Assembly (NCBI GenBank): GCA_037447605.1
Contig: CM074805.1
Location: 620,001 to 684,000, forward strand
Reading direction: 5' to 3'
DNA from: Zygnema circumcarinatum SAG 698-1b
Lineage: Eukaryota > Plantae > Zygnematophyceae
Length of the DNA stretch: 64,000 bases
In this document: positions 52,181 through 62,770 of the stretch, piece by piece
Layout of the letters: every line of letters starts with the position of its first letter
Numbering within the stretch: the stretch's first letter is position 1
Translations under genes and position numbers: made by a program
Notes under the pieces: generated by a model
What the model saw: only the letters and a program-made list of their open reading frames with translations
Databases searched by the model: none
What the model was told of the DNA's origin: nothing

Positions 52181-54179
52181 TGGTATCAGAGCTGAAGGTT
52201 TTGCAGATCCACGTACCTTGATACGTGAGGCTGCCGATCCCGTGACCCGTGTCACAACCGCCATGGATGAAGAGCTGCAACAAGAGGGACAAGCAGATCT
52301 TCATGAGTATTCAGATGAAGACGTGGGACCTCAAGAAGAACAGGCGATCGGAAATCCAAGGACGGATTCAGACTCAGAGGAAGAAGCAGTCAGAGAAATA
52401 CTGAAGATGGGCATCACAGTTGAGAACCCTTATCCCAGTTTGGCTTACCTTGAGCAGATTGAGTCGATTGAAGAGCTGCAGCGACTCCATCTAGGCAGTG
52501 ATGGACACAAACTTCGCTGGCGATATGCACGCAGAATGATCAAGCTTGCAGCCTGTCCAGTTGCTGTCACGGCCGCAGATGCCGTGAAGAGAGGAGTTAC
52601 GTTCGAACCTGAGGTCCCCCCTGCGGCCCACCAGAGTCAAAACCCACGGGATCTCAGTCGGATAACTACTGCACCAGGAGTCCCTTCCAGCACAGCAGCG
52701 GCACGCAGTCCTACAGCAGAGCAAGGGATTCCGCAGAAGACACCCTCACCTCCGGCATTCACAACTTACCCATCCGGCAGTCCCAGGCGAGCGGCTTCAG
52801 GGGCAAGGGCAAGACGATCGCAAGGACCCTCCAGCTTTCGCACCAACCTGCAGAGAAGCACACGTATCAGATCTGAGTTTCCTAGCAAGATGGAAGAGAT
52901 AATGACAAAACTGATAGCCATGATTCCTGAAAAGAGTGAGGTAAGAGATACCACGGGCATCATCACCAGAGGATTCACCGGCAAGCAGGAAGATGCAGAA
53001 GCCTGGCTGAGACACCTTGAGGAGAAGGCAGCGCAAGCAGACCTGAAGGAGGACCAGTGGATCAAGCTGGCCCTTGGAGCGCTGGAAGGAGAGGCAGTCA
53101 ATTGGAAGCTGTCCCGAAACTGGCACAAAGCGGATGTCGTCGGCACCCTGACAAGGGACACATTCAAGCAAGCTTTCAGACAACGCTGGATTTCAGATCC
53201 GATCACTGTGCTAGACCGACTTCGCTACATAGAATGCTACAGTGATGAGCGGCTGTTTGAATTCACTGAGCGTTTTGTGCGCATGGCAAATACGATCGAG
53301 AACTTGCCTGACTTTCCCGAAGTTCTCCAGTGGTTCCGCAAGGCCATCAGCGAGAAGGATCTCCACCTGGATCGTGAGCTGCGCGACAACCCACCAGCAG
53401 ATGCCCAGGCCTTGTTAGAAAGGGCAGAGCGAATTCAGAAGGATCAAGAGAGAGGCAACCGACATGTACGACCACATTACATGAATGCTACAGATCCACG
53501 ACAAGATCGACTCTACCAGCAGTTCCTGAAGACACAGAATCAGCAGTTGTATGATCCCTACGCTACATCTTCTAGGAACAAGCCGTCTTTCTCCGGCATC
53601 CCTGCTCAAGACGTCCGGTCAGCCCCTGTGGTGCAGCCTCTGGCCATAGCCAGCACGACCAAGCCCCTTCCCCTTTCTCCATACCCTCATGATCCTGCGC
53701 ATCCCATTGAGCCTTCGGTGAATCCTCACATACCCGATGTTTCTCGTCCAGGATATCGGGGTCCTTACTCCGATCGAACACCCGAAGAGAGAGAAGCCGC
53801 CAGAGCCGATTTGCGCCGTCGGATGACAGAGGCAGGGGTTCCAGAGGGCGTTTGCCTTGCCTGCGGCCTGAATCATAATCCGCGGCTGCGTTGTGGACCA
53901 TGGACCTGCACCTTCTGCCAGATCACGGGACATGATGCCCGTGTGTGCATGCGGAGACTTTCAAGTGAGAAGGCCCGAAAGGGGAAAGAGGCAGCTGCTG
54001 TGAGCCTACCCGCGCAGAGATCACCTCTATGGACATTCTCCCCGCTACTCACACCGAACTCCGCCCCTTTCGCCTCGCTTCCACCTCCTTCGCGTACCCG
54101 CTTATACCATCCTGCAACGTCCGCCTATCCATCTGCACCCCATGGACTCCCCTTCACTGACAAACGCATTGGGTGCTGA
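51897..54179 (+). CDS. gag: Retrotransposon Gag (760 aa), starting inside the 5' LTR
   Basis: N-terminal MITRS. Capsid-like region FTGKQEDAEAWLRHLEE...ALGALEGEAVNW...FKQAFRQRW. CCHC knuckle CTFCQITGHDARVC. Confidence 0.85.
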   Translation: MITRSLAKRIAEEKTGEERPQGRALCASSPAAGGNIFGIPTSSAARTSESPGSWLYAAGRSTAPTQPFISFSTDARVAVQHLQLAQQSPFNPTYLGIRAEGFADPRTLIREAADPVTRVTTAMDEELQQEGQADLHEYSDEDVGPQEEQAIGNPRTDSDSEEEAVREILKMGITVENPYPSLAYLEQIESIEELQRLHLGSDGHKLRWRYARRMIKLAACPVAVTAADAVKRGVTFEPEVPPAAHQSQNPRDLSRITTAPGVPSSTAAARSPTAEQGIPQKTPSPPAFTTYPSGSPRRAASGARARRSQGPSSFRTNLQRSTRIRSEFPSKMEEIMTKLIAMIPEKSEVRDTTGIITRGFTGKQEDAEAWLRHLEEKAAQADLKEDQWIKLALGALEGEAVNWKLSRNWHKADVVGTLTRDTFKQAFRQRWISDPITVLDRLRYIECYSDERLFEFTERFVRMANTIENLPDFPEVLQWFRKAISEKDLHLDRELRDNPPADAQALLERAERIQKDQERGNRHVRPHYMNATDPRQDRLYQQFLKTQNQQLYDPYATSSRNKPSFSGIPAQDVRSAPVVQPLAIASTTKPLPLSPYPHDPAHPIEPSVNPHIPDVSRPGYRGPYSDRTPEEREAARADLRRRMTEAGVPEGVCLACGLNHNPRLRCGPWTCTFCQITGHDARVCMRRLSSEKARKGKEAAAVSLPAQRSPLWTFSPLLTPNSAPFASLPPPSRTRLYHPATSAYPSAPHGLPFTDKRIGC
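52181..52192 (+). other. Primer-binding site complementary to the 3' end of initiator tRNA-Met
   Basis: TGGTATCAGAGC immediately after the 5' LTR. Confidence 0.9.
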
Positions 54180-57100
54180 GCCCGATCCTGCTGCCCGCTC
54201 ACGCACTGCCCAGATTGCCGCAGCATTGCAACCGGCTTGGTCCGAATCCCCCATCACTTCTGAAGAAGGTGCTCAAGCCCGGATCGCCGAGATTGCAACT
54301 GCCTTGCGCAGACTCCCTGTCAACCAAAGTGATCCGCATTCACATCCCCTGCCATTCCTCCCTGCCAATGTCAACGGCGCCAGCTCCTCCGGCACGGCTC
54401 CACCGGTCGCCACCCCTGTCCGGAGAACTTCACTCCTCCCTCCTTCCACGGGTCATCCCTTGGGATCCATGCCTGAGGAGGAAACTGACGATCTCAATGA
54501 GGAGGAGCCGACAGCGGCGCAGCCAGAGCCGACAGCACCGGCGACAGAAGAAATGCATGTCAACCCGCCCCATCGCCCTCGAGCAGCCCGTTTCTACCCC
54601 CAAGCAGCCGATCGTCGACCACCCCCCCCGACAGACGGCCTATCCCTGATTGAACGCATGGTTCATCAGCTCATGGGAGACAAGGCTAAGATCGGCATTA
54701 CCTTGTCACAGTTGATGCAGCTGGTTCCAGGTGCTGCAGCCGTAGTTTGTAAGCTGGCCGACAGTGCAGAGGCCACCCTGCGGCCTCCCACGGTTCCCAT
54801 GGCACCTCCTCCGGACATCCCCTCGCCGGCAGATATACACCACATGGCCACGGCGCCCCTTACAGATCCAGTTCGCTCTCCCCGCCATCCTCCTCGCCAG
54901 ATTCATGTCCTCCCTCTGATCCCAACACCCAACGTGCGAATCATTGTCAATGTCTGGCTAAACGGTCATCCCAGCAAGGCCATGATCGACACAGGAGCTA
55001 TGCGCACAATTCTGTCCAAACCAGTGATGAAGGCTGCAGGGGTTAAGTTGGACAAGACGCTCGAGCCCATTCCCCGATATGTGGGGGTTGAGGGGAGTTT
55101 ACATGAAGGATTGGGCAGTGCCCAAGTGATCATCAGCCTTGGCGAGATGGGAGCCACGGTGAATGCGGTCATCACTGCCGCTGAGCATTATTCTATCCTG
55201 CTTGGCTCAGATTGGCTCATTGCAATGGGAGCACAAATCGACTTTTCTACGTGTCAGCTGCACTTATCTGCAGGCGGGACAGATTGCTCCTTCCCCATCA
55301 TCCTCGAGTCCCTTGCCACCTCCGCCTTCCCCAAACGCCACGCCACGGCGCAGGTCTCCTACCCAGAGATCACCATGTACCATACGGTCGGCAACCCCCA
55401 TTCTTCCTATGGATCGGCCAATTCTGATACCGAGGACGAGACTCCCCCTCCTGCTCCTCCGGGTCCAGCCCTCTGTGCGCCGACGGAAGAACTTTTGCCG
55501 CCGGGGATAGCTGCACCCAGCTTTCCCGCCCACGAGACCATCAGTGATGAAGAGTGGCTGGAAATAGAGGGTCAGATGCGATTGGGGCCAGCAGTACTCT
55601 CAGACCCGATCAAGCATTCTCAACTACGCCAAGTGCTGCGCCGAAATCACCTAGTTTTTGCACGACATTCACTCGACATCGGTAAGACCCACCTGATTGA
55701 GCATCACATCGATACGGGAGATTCCCCCCCAGTGATGACCATGACCCCCTACCGCTTTTCAGCTGCTCAGCAGGCCGATGTCGAAAGACAGATCGATGAG
55801 AATGTGGCTGCCGGATTGATGGAACCCGGAGAAGGACCTTGGGCCAGCTCGGCCGTTCTGCCCCCAAAGCCGAATGGCACACTCCGCTTCTGTGGAGACT
55901 ATCGGAAACTGAATGCAGTGACGAAGTGGGATCCCTATACGCTGCCGGATGTGGACCTTATACTCCACGGCGTCTCCCTTGAGGACCGGTGGTTCTCAGC
56001 ACTGGACATGCAGAAGTCCTTCTAGCAGATCCCTCTGAGATAGGCCGATCGCTGCAAGACAGGGCTTCGCACAGCCACGCGCTTCGTGCAGTGGACAGTG
56101 CTTCCCTTTGGGCTCAAGAATTCCAGCCAGACTCACCAGCGCCTGGCCAACCAGGTATTCGGCCCCTGTCGCGCCTTCTGCGAGCCTTACGTGGATGATG
56201 CTTCCCTCCACAGCAAGGACTGGTCCTCCCACCTGCAACACATTGACCAAGTACTTCAACAGCTCATCAGTGCGCGTTTGAAGATTGCACCCAAGAAGTG
56301 CAAATGGGGCCATCAGGAGATCACTCATCTCGGGCACCGCCTCGGCATCAATGGCCTAAAACCATCACTCGACAAGATTGAAGCGATTGACCTTATGCCG
56401 ATTCCACAGAACCTCACTCAGCTCAAGTCTTTCTTGGGACTCACCTCATTCTATCGCCGGTTCATCAAGGGCTATGCCCTTATCGCGCGTCCCCTACATG
56501 CCTTGGAGAAGCACGGAGTCCACTATGAATGGAGCCGAGCACAGGATTTGGCCTTCCAGGCGCTCAAGAGTGCCCTCCTTCAGGCTCCTTGTCTGCATCA
56601 ATTCGACCCCACCCTGCCCACCATTATTGACGCCGACTGGAGTCAGACGGGCTTTGGGGCAGTGGCCAGTCAAGCATTCTCGGATGGGGAACACCCGGTC
56701 AGTTATGCTAGCAGGGTTTGTTCGGAAACCGAGACCAAGTACAGCCCTACTGAGGGTGAGGCCGCGGCTATCCTCTGGGCACTTGAGAAGTTCAAGCTCT
56801 TTACAGCCTACCAGCCTATTGTCATTCGGACTGACCATATGCCACTCACTTGGCTGCACATTATGGCTACCCTCCGACCTAAGTTTGCACGATGGGTGAT
56901 GAAGTTGGAGGAGTATAATGTACTCAAAGTCACTCACCGTCCCGGCCGTAGTCACGGCAATGCTGACGGCCTCAGTCGAAATCCTTCGGTTCCACTCCTC
57001 TGTCACGATCCGGCCGTGCCTGAACCCATCCCTCCACCCACCCTCTTGAACCCTGAGCATCTTCCCATTGAGCTTTTCATTGCCGATCAAGACCTGCATG

Positions 57101-58502
57101 ATGTCATATTCGCGGATGGGCTGATCGACATTCCGGCCACGGCCACCACCCTCCATCGCTGGCAGGACCCTGACTTCACCCACGGCCACCCCCATGCGGA
57201 TCCGTGGGAACTCCTCATGGATGACGATGGCGAAGCTCCCTTTCTTCCTCCCCATTTCCCCAGCGCCAATGACGTCCATTCTGACTCCTCCCTTCTGCGC
57301 TACGTCATGACTCGCACATTGCCCCCTTTTATCACGGATACCGAGCGGGCTCGGCTGCTCCGCCGCGCTCAGAACTTCTCTGTAGATGATGAAGGACAGA
57401 TTCTCTACCTCCCCTCCGGCCTTCCTGTTCCTTTCCCCAACGAGCGCATGGAAATTCTGGACGTCGCACACGATGCCCAGCCTGGCGGATTCCACCTTGG
57501 CCAGAAGAAGATGGTCGCCCTGCTGCAGGAGCGCTATTATTGGCCCGGCCTCCATGGCGCGGTGAGCCGCTACATCGAAACCTGCACCCGCTGCCAACGC
57601 GGCAAGCGCTCTGCTCCCCCCGACTGCCAACCCCTAGAGATGGGTGAGATCCCGATCCGAGGCGTTGCGGAAGATTGGAACATCGACACCTTTTCTATCC
57701 CTCAGCTCGGCACCCCCTCTGGCTACATTCGGGTCTTCCTAGCAGTGGACAGATACACCAAGTGGGTGGAAGTTCACGCGACGGAATCTAAGCACTCAGT
57801 CCACTCTGCTCGCCTCTTGACGGCCATCATTCACCGTCACTCTCTCCCCTACTCTGTCCACTCTGACAATGGCACCGAATACAAGGGGGCGTTTGCAAAG
57901 CTCATGCAGGACTTCCGCATCCTTCACCGCACCTCTAGCCCCTACTCCCCCTGGCAGAATGGGCTTGCAGAACGTACCATACAGACCGTCAAGGATGCGT
58001 GCGTTCGCGGCTGCGCGGAGCTGAGGCGGACTGGCGCGAGGTCATACCCTCCCTGGCCTTCACGTACAACACCTCTGTTCACTCCTCTAGTGGATTCTCT
58101 CCCTACGAGCTCCTCTATGGCCGTAAGCCCCGCATTCCCCTTGACCTCCTCTCTGCTGAGCCCCTCTTCTACGATGACGCGCCTCCCCCGGATCGGGTCG
58201 CCCAGCTTCAGCTCCTGGCCCTCCGCTTCCAAACCCTAGATTCCATGGCCTCCCACCACCTCGAACGCGCGCACAGACGACAACTCACCGACTTTGGGAG
58301 GCGCCGACGCGCTGCTCTCCCGCCCAATCAGGTCGCGCCCCGTCAGCTCATTTGGCTCAGGAATCTCGCCAAACCGACTCAACGGGCTTTTCCGTGGTTG
58401 GGCCCCTTCATCTGTGTCGGTCCGTCGGAGATCCCAGGATGGGCCATCATTTCGGAAGGCCCTGACTCTAGTGGGAACGCCCGGCGCTGGCGTTCACACT
58501 GA
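54142..58502 (+). pseudogene. pol: Retrotransposon Pol (protease, RT, RNase H, integrase), disrupted
   Basis: Protease AMIDTGA. RT motifs LRFCGDYRKLN, LPFGLKN and YVDD. RNase H DASxxGxGAV-like DWSQTGFGAV and IRTDH. Integrase HHCC region, HSDNGTEY, QNGLAER and WLGPF. In-frame TAG at 56023 and 56041 and a frameshift near 58000. Confidence 0.92.
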
Positions 58503-58546
58503 ATCGACATTCGTGCCGCCACGTCCGCGGTTCCTCNNNNNNNNNN

Positions 58547-59323
58547 GGCTCCACGCAGTCAGTCAGGCCACTCAGTGGGCAGTTGGCCAATCAGGGACTG
58601 TCACTGCTAAGGCTCAAGATCTATTGTCAGCGCTAAGTAGATGGGATGTCAGTGATGCTAGTTTGTCTTTTAGTGCTGGGCTTAGTATTTGTATTTGCTG
58701 TGTGGTTTGTTGTCTTGTTCTTCTTTTCTTCCTCTTCAGTGACAGCAACAGATGCTAAGTGAGAGAGAGAGAGAGAGTTCCATGGCATAGAGAGAGAGAG
58801 AGAGAAAGAGTCTTCTTGCTGATAGCATTTAGACATCCCATTCAGCCCAGCCAGACAAAGATTTCAGTGAGAAGACGCTTTCATTGTAATGACAATCCCC
58901 AGCCAACCGCTGGCTGGGGTGAGTTTCCAAAATACCACCTTTATCTAAGTTGAGTCCTGTTTTCCCTTTGCTGTCACTATGCCAAGCTACCATCTTGTGC
59001 TATCCTGCCTTACATTCCTCCTAATGACCGATGATAACTAGAAGCCTAGCTAAGAGAATAGCCGAGGAGAAGACAGGAGAAGAGAGGCCCCAAGGAAGGG
59101 CCCTTTGCGCATCGAGTCCAGCCGCCGGTGGGAACATCTTCAGGATCCCTACGTCTTCCGCTGCGCGTACCTCTGAATCCCCCGGATCCTGGCTCTATGC
59201 TGCAGGCAGACCCACAGCACCAACCCAACCCTTCATCAGTTTCAGCACGGACGCGCGAGTGGCCGTACAGCACCTGCAACTAGCTCAGCAATCTCCTTTT
59301 AACCCCACTTATCTTGTGCTACA
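58547..59323 (+). repeat. 3' LTR (its 5' part is hidden in the N gap 58537-58546)
   Basis: Direct repeat of 51416-52180 extended by TGTGCTACA. Confidence 0.85.
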
Positions 59324-59513
59324 ACGCCAACGCCAAAACGACCTAATTTTGGTATGGTACGACCATACGAGTACGGTCATACGGTTGTTAATTGTTCAAA
59401 ACGAGTGGGTATAATATATGTAATAAAGTGTTTTACTTTGTACTATATTACTACTTTTAAACCCGTTGTAAAGTATATAATGTAGTCGGACTTTATAACG
59501 CGGGCCATCCCTA

Positions 59514-60392
59514 GTCTGCAACCATTGGACCATCGATTCCCGTCCCACCCAACCATTGGCTTCCCAACCAACCTAATCGCGACAATTCTAATGGTTGATC
59601 CAACCCATGGTCCGTCCAGCACTTGGCCCGAAATGTTTTCGGCTGCCCTGTCCGCGAAGCAAACGTCCATGATTGCAAGCGTCGGCCGGGCAGCTGAAAT
59701 TGTTTCTGGTCATTCGTCGACGCGATTACGACCAGGTCCAGCCCACCTACGGCGCGTCCCGTCACGTCACGGGCACCGTACGGTGGCTTTCCCCGAAGGC
59801 GGTGGCGCCACCATTGTCCGTATACTCATACAGTAACTACCAAAGCGATGTGGTAGGCGCACGTTCAGTCTGTTTGGGTCACACCTTTCCTCTCCAGGCA
59901 GCTTGCGGCCAAACTTGTGCTGCCCGGCCGACGCTCGCCCAATCGCGGACGCTTGCGTCGCGCACACGGCAGCCCAACCATTTTGGGGAATGGTTGCGAT
60001 TTGCAACCAATGATTCCCTAGCCAACCAACCATTGGATGCAATGGTTGCAGTCATTGGCAATGGTTGGCTTCGCAGCCAGTCAATGGTTGCAAAATTTTG
60101 CAATGGTTGGGTGGGTCGTTTCTCCCCCTTAGTCTTCTTGTTCCCTGGACTGTCAGCTAGCCAATGGTTGCAACCATTGGCAATGGTTGGGTGGGTCGGG
60201 AATCAATGGTCCAATGGTTGCAGCCATTGGCAATGGTTGGGTCGGTCGGGAATCAATGGTTCAATGGTTGCAGTCATTGGCAATGGTTGGCTGTGTAGCT
60301 AGCCAATGGTTGCAACCATTGGGCAATAGTTGGCTGACCCGCTATGGTTGGCAACCATTGGAGCAATGGTCGATCCAATCAATGGTCCCATC
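59514..60392. repeat. Imperfect foldback element (family D) built from CAACCATTG/CAATGGTTG 9-mer arrays
   Basis: Left arm about 59514-59700 pairs with about 59915-60230, e.g. GCAAGCGTCGGCCGGGCAGC with GCTGCCCGGCCGACGCTCGC. Many tandem and inverted CAATGGTTG units in 59985-60390. No TSD found. Confidence 0.65.
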
Positions 60393-60961
60393 TGTGCAAG
60401 CACTGAGCGAGGAGGGCAGTTGCTTGGCTCTTGCCGATATATCGCGATACGCTACCACGCTATGTTGCTGACGTCGTCGACGCAAACTTGTGACGTTGGA
60501 ACGAACATAGAACCACGCTGTTGGAAATGTGCCGCAAACGCAACGGGTTTACGACATGTGACGGCCAACGGTTTTGTCGCCTTGCAGACGAATGCTGAGA
60601 GGCCTGCAAATGGGAACAGGAGGGAGAGTTGCGGCGGGGAACGGGAGGGAGAGAGGAAAGCGAGAGGGAGAGGAGGGGAGAGGTAGATGGAGAGGGAGGG
60701 GAGAGGGGGAGGAAGGGGAGAGGGGGAGGGAGGGAAAGGGAGAGGGAAGGAGTGGGAGAGGGAAGGGATTGGGAGAGGAAGTGATAGGGAGAGGGGAGGG
60801 AGAAGGACAGGGAGAAGGTAGAAATGACATAGGAGGAGAAATAGAAAAGGCAGAGGATTCTGTCGTTAGTGTGAATGTGTGTCAGTCGGAGAGCGAGGGT
60901 GAGAGTGGGAGAGCTGATTCTTTTTTCGGTCCTTCGCTTTCCATAGGAATTTCGTATTTCC

Positions 60962-62191
60962 ATGGCCCCTTGTCCTTCGCCACAGATGGACGTGGACGAC
61001 GGAGTGACAGTCGTGTTACGGGATAGTGAGGGCAACAACACGAGCATTGCGTTGCCCTTGGAAGACCTCAAATCGAGCAAGTTTGTGGCGACGATGTTGG
61101 AAGGCAGGTGGAGCTGCTCGCCGTCACAGGGAAAGGAAGTGGATTCGGTTGGCCTGGAGGTGACTTTTCCGGTTCAGACGGGCATACCTTTGGAGATTTA
61201 TCAAATCGTGTTGCAGCAGCTTGGCAATCCAACCCTCAAAGGTGTGCTGAGCTCAGTTCCACAAGCCCTGCAGATACTGAAGGTCGCTCTTCAGCTCTTA
61301 TTTGAAGGAGGCATACAGGCATGTTTGTCTTACATTGAGGCAGTGCCGTGGAATAAGGAGGAGGAGGAGGATGTCCTCCACCTTATTCCCTTATTGGAAC
61401 TCGGTCCTGATGGAGAAAGAGTTATGGCGAGACGACAGAAAGCTTCAGCAGCTGAAGTTGAGCAAGCTTTCAAGCGGATTGTTGAAAGTTCTGCTTCTAC
61501 TGACAGCAATTCGAAAATGAAAAAGCTTCGCAAAATAGTGGAAAAAGGTCTGAGTGGACAGCTGCTCGCTGATCTTCCATTAGACAGAAAACAAGCTGCG
61601 CTTGTGGATCAGTTTTCCAAGCTCAATCAATTATTGGTGACGACATTACAGTATCATGAGATGAAAAGCAGGATTCCAACATATGTACACGGAAAAAGTG
61701 GGGCTCAGTATTTCAATGACGCAGTCGACTCACTCTGTTGGTTAACACTCCAAATTTTGGACTCAGGCGATGTACAAACTGTCTACAAATGGCTTACAAC
61801 GGAGGGACGGACATTTTCATTCCACATTTATCAATTTTCAAAGGACACTCATAAGACTTCCAACATGATTTATGGAAATATCTTTCTCATTTTGCATAGG
61901 GTGATAGAAAAAATTGTAGAAGGTGTGATTATTGTTCCACCGCAAGGGAGAATGGAATTGATTGTCATCTGGCTCTCCCCTCTCGACGCAAGTGTCCTCG
62001 ATGATCGACTCACAGCAGAAGTGGCTCATCGTCTCAACTTCAACATTAGAAAGCTCATCTCCACACTTCCCCTTGCTGAATGTGGGAAAGTCCTTGAGGA
62101 CTATCAAGCCCTAAAGGCCAGAAGCGGGGGGTGGCTGGATCTGACTGCAGCTTATGAAGATTGGTTTGAGAGACTCAGCATTCAGGAATAG
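60962..62191 (+). CDS. Plant-type BTB/POZ-domain protein (At3g50780/At1g63850-like family), single exon, 409 aa
   Basis: SSKFVATMLEGRW and ALQILKVALQLLFEGGIQACLSYIEAVPWNKEEEEDVLHLIP match the family motif SCLxYLEAVPWxEEEEE. C-terminal ISTLPL. Uninterrupted ORF with a GA-rich leader. Confidence 0.75.
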   Translation: MAPCPSPQMDVDDGVTVVLRDSEGNNTSIALPLEDLKSSKFVATMLEGRWSCSPSQGKEVDSVGLEVTFPVQTGIPLEIYQIVLQQLGNPTLKGVLSSVPQALQILKVALQLLFEGGIQACLSYIEAVPWNKEEEEDVLHLIPLLELGPDGERVMARRQKASAAEVEQAFKRIVESSASTDSNSKMKKLRKIVEKGLSGQLLADLPLDRKQAALVDQFSKLNQLLVTTLQYHEMKSRIPTYVHGKSGAQYFNDAVDSLCWLTLQILDSGDVQTVYKWLTTEGRTFSFHIYQFSKDTHKTSNMIYGNIFLILHRVIEKIVEGVIIVPPQGRMELIVIWLSPLDASVLDDRLTAEVAHRLNFNIRKLISTLPLAECGKVLEDYQALKARSGGWLDLTAAYEDWFERLSIQE

Positions 62192-62770
62192 ACTATCCTT
62201 CTTTAGCCAATTGGTTGAACCCAAGTAGACGTGGCCTGGTCAAGCAGTGCTTTAGAGTACTCCAGCACCTCGTCAGCCCTTTCGTCAAAGTATTTGCTGT
62301 ACCTTATTTTTTTGGCTGCCGTTCTTGAGTAGGAAAAAGTTGCGAATAAGGCAAACGTTTTCATTGTAGACACTGACCTGAAACTTCAGAAAACGTTTAA
62401 GCCTAAGGCCGATTCATTTTTTTCTTTTCCTTCACAATCAAATTTCCGACTGTCAAGCTTTCTTGTCTTATATTTCGGTATTTCCCATTTGTCTGATTGC
62501 ATGCCGATCTTTATTTGGTTGACCTCAATGCCACAAGAATATATATGCAATAGGCGGTTGAGCAATTTGTAACTTGCTCAATTTGTTCAGGTTTGAAAAG
62601 ACATAAAGCATAGTTCTGGAATGATACTTTTAGTTTCACTGCTGCTTTTAACTTCGCAGGTGAAGCGTATACTGATTTTGAAATCCGATTGTGATACTTT
62701 CCAAGCCAGAAACCCCTTAATGCTCTGATTTGATCTTCCCATGGAAAAGGCTCAGTCGATGCAAAAGTTT

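Larger units (their letters stand above)
51193..59323 (+). mobile_element. Ty3/gypsy LTR retrotransposon, near full length, decayed
   Basis: Termini TGTAGC...GCTACA with 4-bp TSD ACGC, verified against the empty site in the sister MITE. Direct repeats 51416-52180 and 58547-59314. tRNA-iMet PBS. Domain order gag-PR-RT-RH-INT. Confidence 0.95.
49258..59513. mobile_element. hAT MITE family A copy 2, split by three nested insertions
   Basis: TAGGGATGGC at 49258 and GCCATCCCTA ending at 59513, with perfect 8-bp TSD GTCTGCAA (49250-49257; 59514-59521). Pieces 49258-49289, 51029-51192 and 59324-59513 are collinear with the intact copy at 17682-18058. Confidence 0.92.

Noticed and set aside
56023-56043. 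Two in-frame TAG codons in RT, suggesting stop-codon reassignment or readthrough
   Set aside because: Host genes in the window (SSRP1, HMG gene, ADH, BTB, beta-amylase) terminate at TAG. Pol also has a frameshift near 58000, so simple decay explains it.
56494-57630. 378-aa antisense ORF inside the retrotransposon
   Set aside because: Shadow of the pol frame in GC-rich coding DNA. No motif or TM pattern suggesting an env-like or antisense gene.
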